Below are positions 60,283 to 64,000 of a stretch of DNA of 64,000 nt, piece by piece. The first letter of the stretch is position 1. Each line of letters begins with the position of its first letter. This DNA comes from an uncultured delta proteobacterium (GTDB lineage Bacteria > Myxococcota > Myxococcia > Myxococcales > Myxococcaceae): assembly GCA_963776345.1 (NCBI GenBank), contig CAVZMH010000020.1, forward strand, positions 64,001 through 128,000, written 5' to 3'. The notes beneath the pieces are model-generated. The model did not search any database, was not told where the DNA came from, and saw only the letters and a list, made by a program, of their open reading frames with translations. The position numbers were made by a program, and so were the translations under genes.

Positions 60283-61698
60283 TCACATGGCCCACGCGAG
60301 AAACAGGCCGATGCTCTCGAACTCGGAGCGGTTGTTCTCGCCGCTCGACGGAGGCGCGATCTGCAGCGGGCCCCACGGCGTGGCACCGCCCTGGTATGCC
60401 TGCGGCCCGGCGCCGGTGGTCGGGAACCCCTTGGCCGACTCGTAGTCGAACACGGCGACCAGCTTGATGTTGGGACGGATCAGGAAGGCGATGCCCGGCT
60501 GGACGTGCAGGTCATGGACCGTCGGACCGCCCTCGGGTGTCAGCCACACGGTCTCCACCCGGAGCGCCGGCACCATCCAGGGGAAGATGACGTAGGAGAG
60601 CTCGCCGAACAGCACCTTGGCCTTCACGGGGCCGCCGGTGTCGGTGCCGTGGCCGTGCGATTCGCTGTAGTAGCCCACGTTGAGCTCGGCCGAGCCCAGC
60701 TGGCCGCGAACGCCGACGCCATAGGTGTTGGCGGTGTCGCTGGCGACGGGGGCTCCTGCCGTGGTGTCGAAGCGCGAGTTCGACTGGTACGCGAAGCCGT
60801 AGATTCCCAGCGCCGTCTCGGCCCAGGGCCGCTCCGGATCCATCCCGCTGGACTCCTCGCCGTCCAGACGCATGCCGCCGATCTTGAAGCCCACCCGCCC
60901 GTAGAAGTTGTCCGTCGGGGCGAGCCCGTGGGCGATCTTCCCGGCGTTGAGGCCCACCGCGTAGTCGATCCGGCCGGCGATGACGCCGTTGAGCTCGACG
61001 CCGGTGTAGTTGTCCACCAGCGTCCAGGAGTTCGAGTCACCCCAGTAGATGCCGGTCACCGGCACGGTGGTGACCATCGCATCGCCCAGGTACGAGGAGT
61101 GAGGCCCGAACTGGGTGACGTTGGGGAAGCCGTGGCCAACGATGAGGTTGAAGAGGTGCTTCGGACCGACGATGTCGTTGAAGAGCAGCTGCGCGTGCTC
61201 GACATCCACGCCGTCACTGCTGAAGGTGACCTCGAACCAGGCCGTGATGGTGTCGTCGAACGCTGCGCCGGCCCAGATGTGGCCCTCGGCCGCGAGGTCC
61301 TGGAGGGTGAAGTGCGTGGCGCTTCCGTCGGCGCTCTTCGCTGCCTCCCCGGCGCTCGAGGAGCTGGAGGGGATGATGAGCGCCTGGCCGTTGACGCCCA
61401 CGGAGAGGGGGATGGCCGCCAGGATCGAGTCGGGCCACGCGGTCTTGGGGAAGGTCTTCTTGTTCGCCTCCTGTCCCATCGGCACCTGCTCGGCCTTGAT
61501 GTAGTCCGAGTCCGTGCCGGGGAAGCGATAGCCGTTGCGCCGGAACGCCTCTCCGAACGGATTGAGCTTCGGATAGACGGTGTGACAGGTCAGGCAGCTC
61601 GTCTGGTACTTGCGCGCAAAGGCCGGGATCGCCCCCGCGGGGGCTGCGGCCGTGAGCACCACGACGACGAGAAGCCCACCGAGAGCACGCCTCGACAT
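60283..61698 (-). CDS. Cyc2-like fused monoheme cytochrome c-porin outer membrane protein
   Basis: Signal peptide then AIPAFARKYQTSCLTCHTVYPKLNPFGEAFRRNGY; remainder has alternating amphipathic beta-strands rich in Gly/aromatic residues, ending IGLFLAWAM. Confidence 0.82.
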   Translation of the reverse strand: MSRRALGGLLVVVVLTAAAPAGAIPAFARKYQTSCLTCHTVYPKLNPFGEAFRRNGYRFPGTDSDYIKAEQVPMGQEANKKTFPKTAWPDSILAAIPLSVGVNGQALIIPSSSSSAGEAAKSADGSATHFTLQDLAAEGHIWAGAAFDDTITAWFEVTFSSDGVDVEHAQLLFNDIVGPKHLFNLIVGHGFPNVTQFGPHSSYLGDAMVTTVPVTGIYWGDSNSWTLVDNYTGVELNGVIAGRIDYAVGLNAGKIAHGLAPTDNFYGRVGFKIGGMRLDGEESSGMDPERPWAETALGIYGFAYQSNSRFDTTAGAPVASDTANTYGVGVRGQLGSAELNVGYYSESHGHGTDTGGPVKAKVLFGELSYVIFPWMVPALRVETVWLTPEGGPTVHDLHVQPGIAFLIRPNIKLVAVFDYESAKGFPTTGAGPQAYQGGATPWGPLQIAPPSSGENNRSEFESIGLFLAWAM

Positions 61699-61752
61699 GG
61701 TTCGCTCCATTCCCGACCGCAGCTGGGAAACGTCGGATGTCGCGAGGCCCGG

Positions 61753-61910
61753 TGCAAGGACGAAGCCCCGCGCGGGTTCGAGGTTGGAACGGCACGGCAG
61801 TTCAGATGAACCACACGCGGCGCGCGGGTCTTGGCCGAGACGCAAGCAAATGACTTCATCAGTTACGCAAAGCCTGCGAACGACGAAAGGAATGCACGCA
61901 GAGACTGCGC
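61753..61910 (-). promoter_or_regulatory. Putative sigma54 promoter with tandem enhancer boxes for the cyc2-act operon
   Basis: Minus-strand GGGCTTCGTCCTTGCA (GG-N10-GC, 61767-61754); CGCA-AAGCC-TGCG (61866) and CGCA-GAGAC-TGCG (61897), 31 bp apart. Confidence 0.65.
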
Positions 61911-62126
61911 TTTTGCTTGCATGTCTCTGGCATCAGAAATCGAGTTGCATATGCGCAGGTTCGTTCGGGCAGGCGGTGATCCGGCACGCCGCAGACAGGA
62001 CAGCGGTGGTCACCCGGCTCGCTCTGCAGGGCCTTCGCGACCGAGGGCCGCCACGGGGCTCAGCGCCGCGTCCTCGAGCCGGGGCCACACCACTCGCTGA
62101 GTCGCGCGGCTGGCTCGGCCTGAGGT

Positions 62127-63056
62127 TCAGGCCGATGCGCCGCCGTGTGCCGGCTGCTCCGGGCGTTTCTCAGGTGTGGTCCACGGCAGGGTCGACATCA
62201 TTTCCCCAGTCACCCAGGTCGCGAGGAGGATGAGGAGCAGCGGCACCCACGTTCCGCCGATGCTCCGGAACATCGTCATGCTTCGCTGCACCAGCGCGGC
62301 CACGACCACCAGGTCGAGCACTGCGACCACCAGGGTGAAGGCGACGGCCGTGTCTCGCGCCTCCCGGGCGCCGGGCAGCCGGAAGTAGTGCCAGGCAATC
62401 GCGACGAAGATGAGCGGGGCCACGAAGGCGTGGACCCACATCGCCAGGGACGTGCTCCCGAGCGCGAGGAGCCCTGCCATCACCGCTCCGCACGCGGCCC
62501 AGCCCGCGACGGCATGCCCCAGAAGGCGGAGCGGCGAGGCCGCCGGAGGATCCACCGCCGGGCGCGGTTCCGCTGTCGGAAGCGCCCGGGCCACGTCCGC
62601 CGCCCAGGTGCGGACCCGGTCCGGGTTCCGCCAGTCACCGCCGTGGGTCCTCGCCATCGCGCTCGCCGGAAAGCCGCGCGCGTCGGCCAAGAGGCGACCC
62701 CCGAACGTCACATGCTCCTGCGCGCCGACCAGCTCGGCGAGCGCCCGCACCCGTCCCGTGGGAGGGATCGCCCCGCGATCCGCCGAGTCGTCGAGCGGCC
62801 CGCTGGAGAAGAACCACACCGGAACCTTGCGCAGCGCCTTCCGATGTCTCCAGACGAAGCGCCGGGCGTCCGCGTGCCAGCGATTCGCGTAAAGCGCGCC
62901 TCCGACGATGACCGCATCGAAGCGTGTCTCCCGGTGCGCCTCCGACGGCGGGAGAAGCACCGGCTCGTGCCCCGATCCGGCCAGCACCGCGCCCACCATC
63001 CGTGCGATTCCCTCGGTACCGCCCCGCTTCGAACCCCAGGTCACGAGGACGCGCAT
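62127..63056 (-). CDS. HemG-like long-chain flavodoxin fused to a C-terminal 4-TM domain
   Basis: AAGGA RBS; VTWGSKRGGTEGIA, DAVIVGGALY, VWFFSSGPL, HVTFGGRL, DWRN; hydrophobic tail. Confidence 0.8.
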   Translation of the reverse strand: MRVLVTWGSKRGGTEGIARMVGAVLAGSGHEPVLLPPSEAHRETRFDAVIVGGALYANRWHADARRFVWRHRKALRKVPVWFFSSGPLDDSADRGAIPPTGRVRALAELVGAQEHVTFGGRLLADARGFPASAMARTHGGDWRNPDRVRTWAADVARALPTAEPRPAVDPPAASPLRLLGHAVAGWAACGAVMAGLLALGSTSLAMWVHAFVAPLIFVAIAWHYFRLPGAREARDTAVAFTLVVAVLDLVVVAALVQRSMTMFRSIGGTWVPLLLILLATWVTGEMMSTLPWTTPEKRPEQPAHGGASA

Positions 63057-63073
63057 GGTCGTGCTCCTTTCCT

Positions 63074-63667
63074 CTACGGCAGGTGATGCGCGAGGTAGAT
63101 CCCGAGCGGGATGATGAACGCAACCCCGAGCAGGAGCGCGGCCGCGACCAGGACGATCGCGGCTCTCGCGCGGGTGGTGCCCTGCAGGCTGGCGAGGGCG
63201 AACACACCGATCACCAGTCCCCAGAGGCCGAGCGGGCTGACGCTGAGGAGAAGCCCGACCGAGACGCCGGAGTAGCACACCGCGCGGAGGGTCGCCCCGA
63301 GCCCGCGGTGCGCGCCGCGGACGACGAGCGCGAGCAGGTGCACCACGACGCCGAGCACGAGCACGATCGCCGGATACAGCACCACCGGCGCCAGCGGCAC
63401 GACGAGGAGCCCGAGGAGGCGCAACGGCGTCGCCGCGGCGGCCCCGAAGGTCTGGAGGAGGAAGAGCACCGCTCCCACCGCGCCGAACAGCGCCTGGAGC
63501 AGCCAGCCGTACCAGAAGGCTTCGGTCCAGGGGACGTCGGGTCGAAGCGCGGCGAAGAACTTCCCTGGCGAGAATGCGCTCTCCCTCAGGGTGTCGATCA
63601 GCCCCGGCCCCAGCCCGAGCCGGTCTCGTTGCTCCCAGGGAGTGAGTTCGCCGGTCGCCGTGTCCAC
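63074..63667 (-). CDS. YIP1-like membrane protein
   Basis: GGAG RBS + GTG 63667; TPWE.R..LG...T...FSPGKFF; ATLRAVCYS; about five TM helices. Confidence 0.7.
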   Translation of the reverse strand: MDTATGELTPWEQRDRLGLGPGLIDTLRESAFSPGKFFAALRPDVPWTEAFWYGWLLQALFGAVGAVLFLLQTFGAAAATPLRLLGLLVVPLAPVVLYPAIVLVLGVVVHLLALVVRGAHRGLGATLRAVCYSGVSVGLLLSVSPLGLWGLVIGVFALASLQGTTRARAAIVLVAAALLLGVAFIIPLGIYLAHHLP

Positions 63668-63680
63668 GACCACTCCGGCC

Positions 63681-63795
63681 CGCAATGGCTGCGTGGGCAT
63701 CCGGGCCATCTGCACAGGGTGCGCCCGGATGCTCCGTTCTTGGCCGACTGGGGGAGGGTGCATCGGCGGGGCCAACCCGTGGCTCGACCGATGCA
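63681..63795. promoter_or_regulatory. Back-to-back sigma54-type promoters with tandem enhancer boxes
   Basis: Plus TGGCTCGACCGATGCA (63780-63795); minus TGGCCCCGCCGATGCA (63774-63759); CGCA-ATGGC-TGCG (63681) and TGCA-CAGGG-TGCG (63711). Confidence 0.7.
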
Positions 63796-63909
63796 ACCCA
63801 GCCTTCGAGCAGGGAAGCCACGGACGTGACAGGGACGCGGTCGCCGCGCGGCAAGCGGCGCCGGCGGGCACCTCGACCGAACGGGGGCCCTGACGTCCAA
63901 GAGGTGACC

Positions 63910-64000
63910 ATGAGCCGGCTGATCCGGCTGCTCGACCCGAACAACCTGCGGTCGTTCTTCGATGCGGTCTCGGTCGGCCAGGACGCGTGGAGGGCGGTGC
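63910..64000 (+). CDS. 5' end of an unidentified gene running off the window
   Basis: GAGGTGA RBS then ATG; MSRLIRLLDPNNLRSFFDAVSVGQDAWRAV. Confidence 0.6.
   Translation, partial: MSRLIRLLDPNNLRSFFDAVSVGQDAWRAV

Noticed and set aside
61843..61912. c-di-GMP-I/cGAMP (GEMM) riboswitch suggested by GCAAA...ACGCAAAGCC
   Set aside because: Wrong strand for the cyc2 operon, no GNRA loop or receptor; better explained by the CGCA-N5-TGCG boxes.

Overview
High-GC bacterial chromosomal segment whose gene content points to a myxobacterium (Myxococcota; inference from the pilX-tfcP-pilY1 cluster, FHA-DUF4388 protein, extra PilT and Cys-rich lipoproteins). The 1-50 kb part is mostly core genome: metH plus a core-MetE-like gene, a liv-type ABC transporter, pcm, msrA, a vapBC module, mutY, tcdA, tatD, maf, a complete minor-pilin/TfcP/PilY1 cluster, a UvrD/Rep helicase, rplM-rpsI, pilT, recX, bamD, a selenocysteine-containing selD (in-frame UGA missed by the ORF track), an amidase, rph-rdgB and tRNA-Pro(UGG). 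The 52-64 kb part is a redox island. Its centre is a minus-strand operon encoding a Cyc2-like cytochrome-porin, a type-1 blue-copper protein and a full alternative complex III (ActA-F) with no terminal oxidase, i.e. a candidate conduit from the outer membrane to the quinone pool. Three promoter regions in this island share one architecture: tandem CGCA-N5-TGCG boxes 30-31 bp apart upstream of sigma54-type -24/-12 elements. Other oddities are an extragenic repeat family anchored on TAG stop codons and an orphan 126-bp element with perfect 23-bp inverted repeats. About eight single-base frameshifts in ordinary genes suggest long-read assembly errors. All calls come from reading motifs by eye; no database searches were run.
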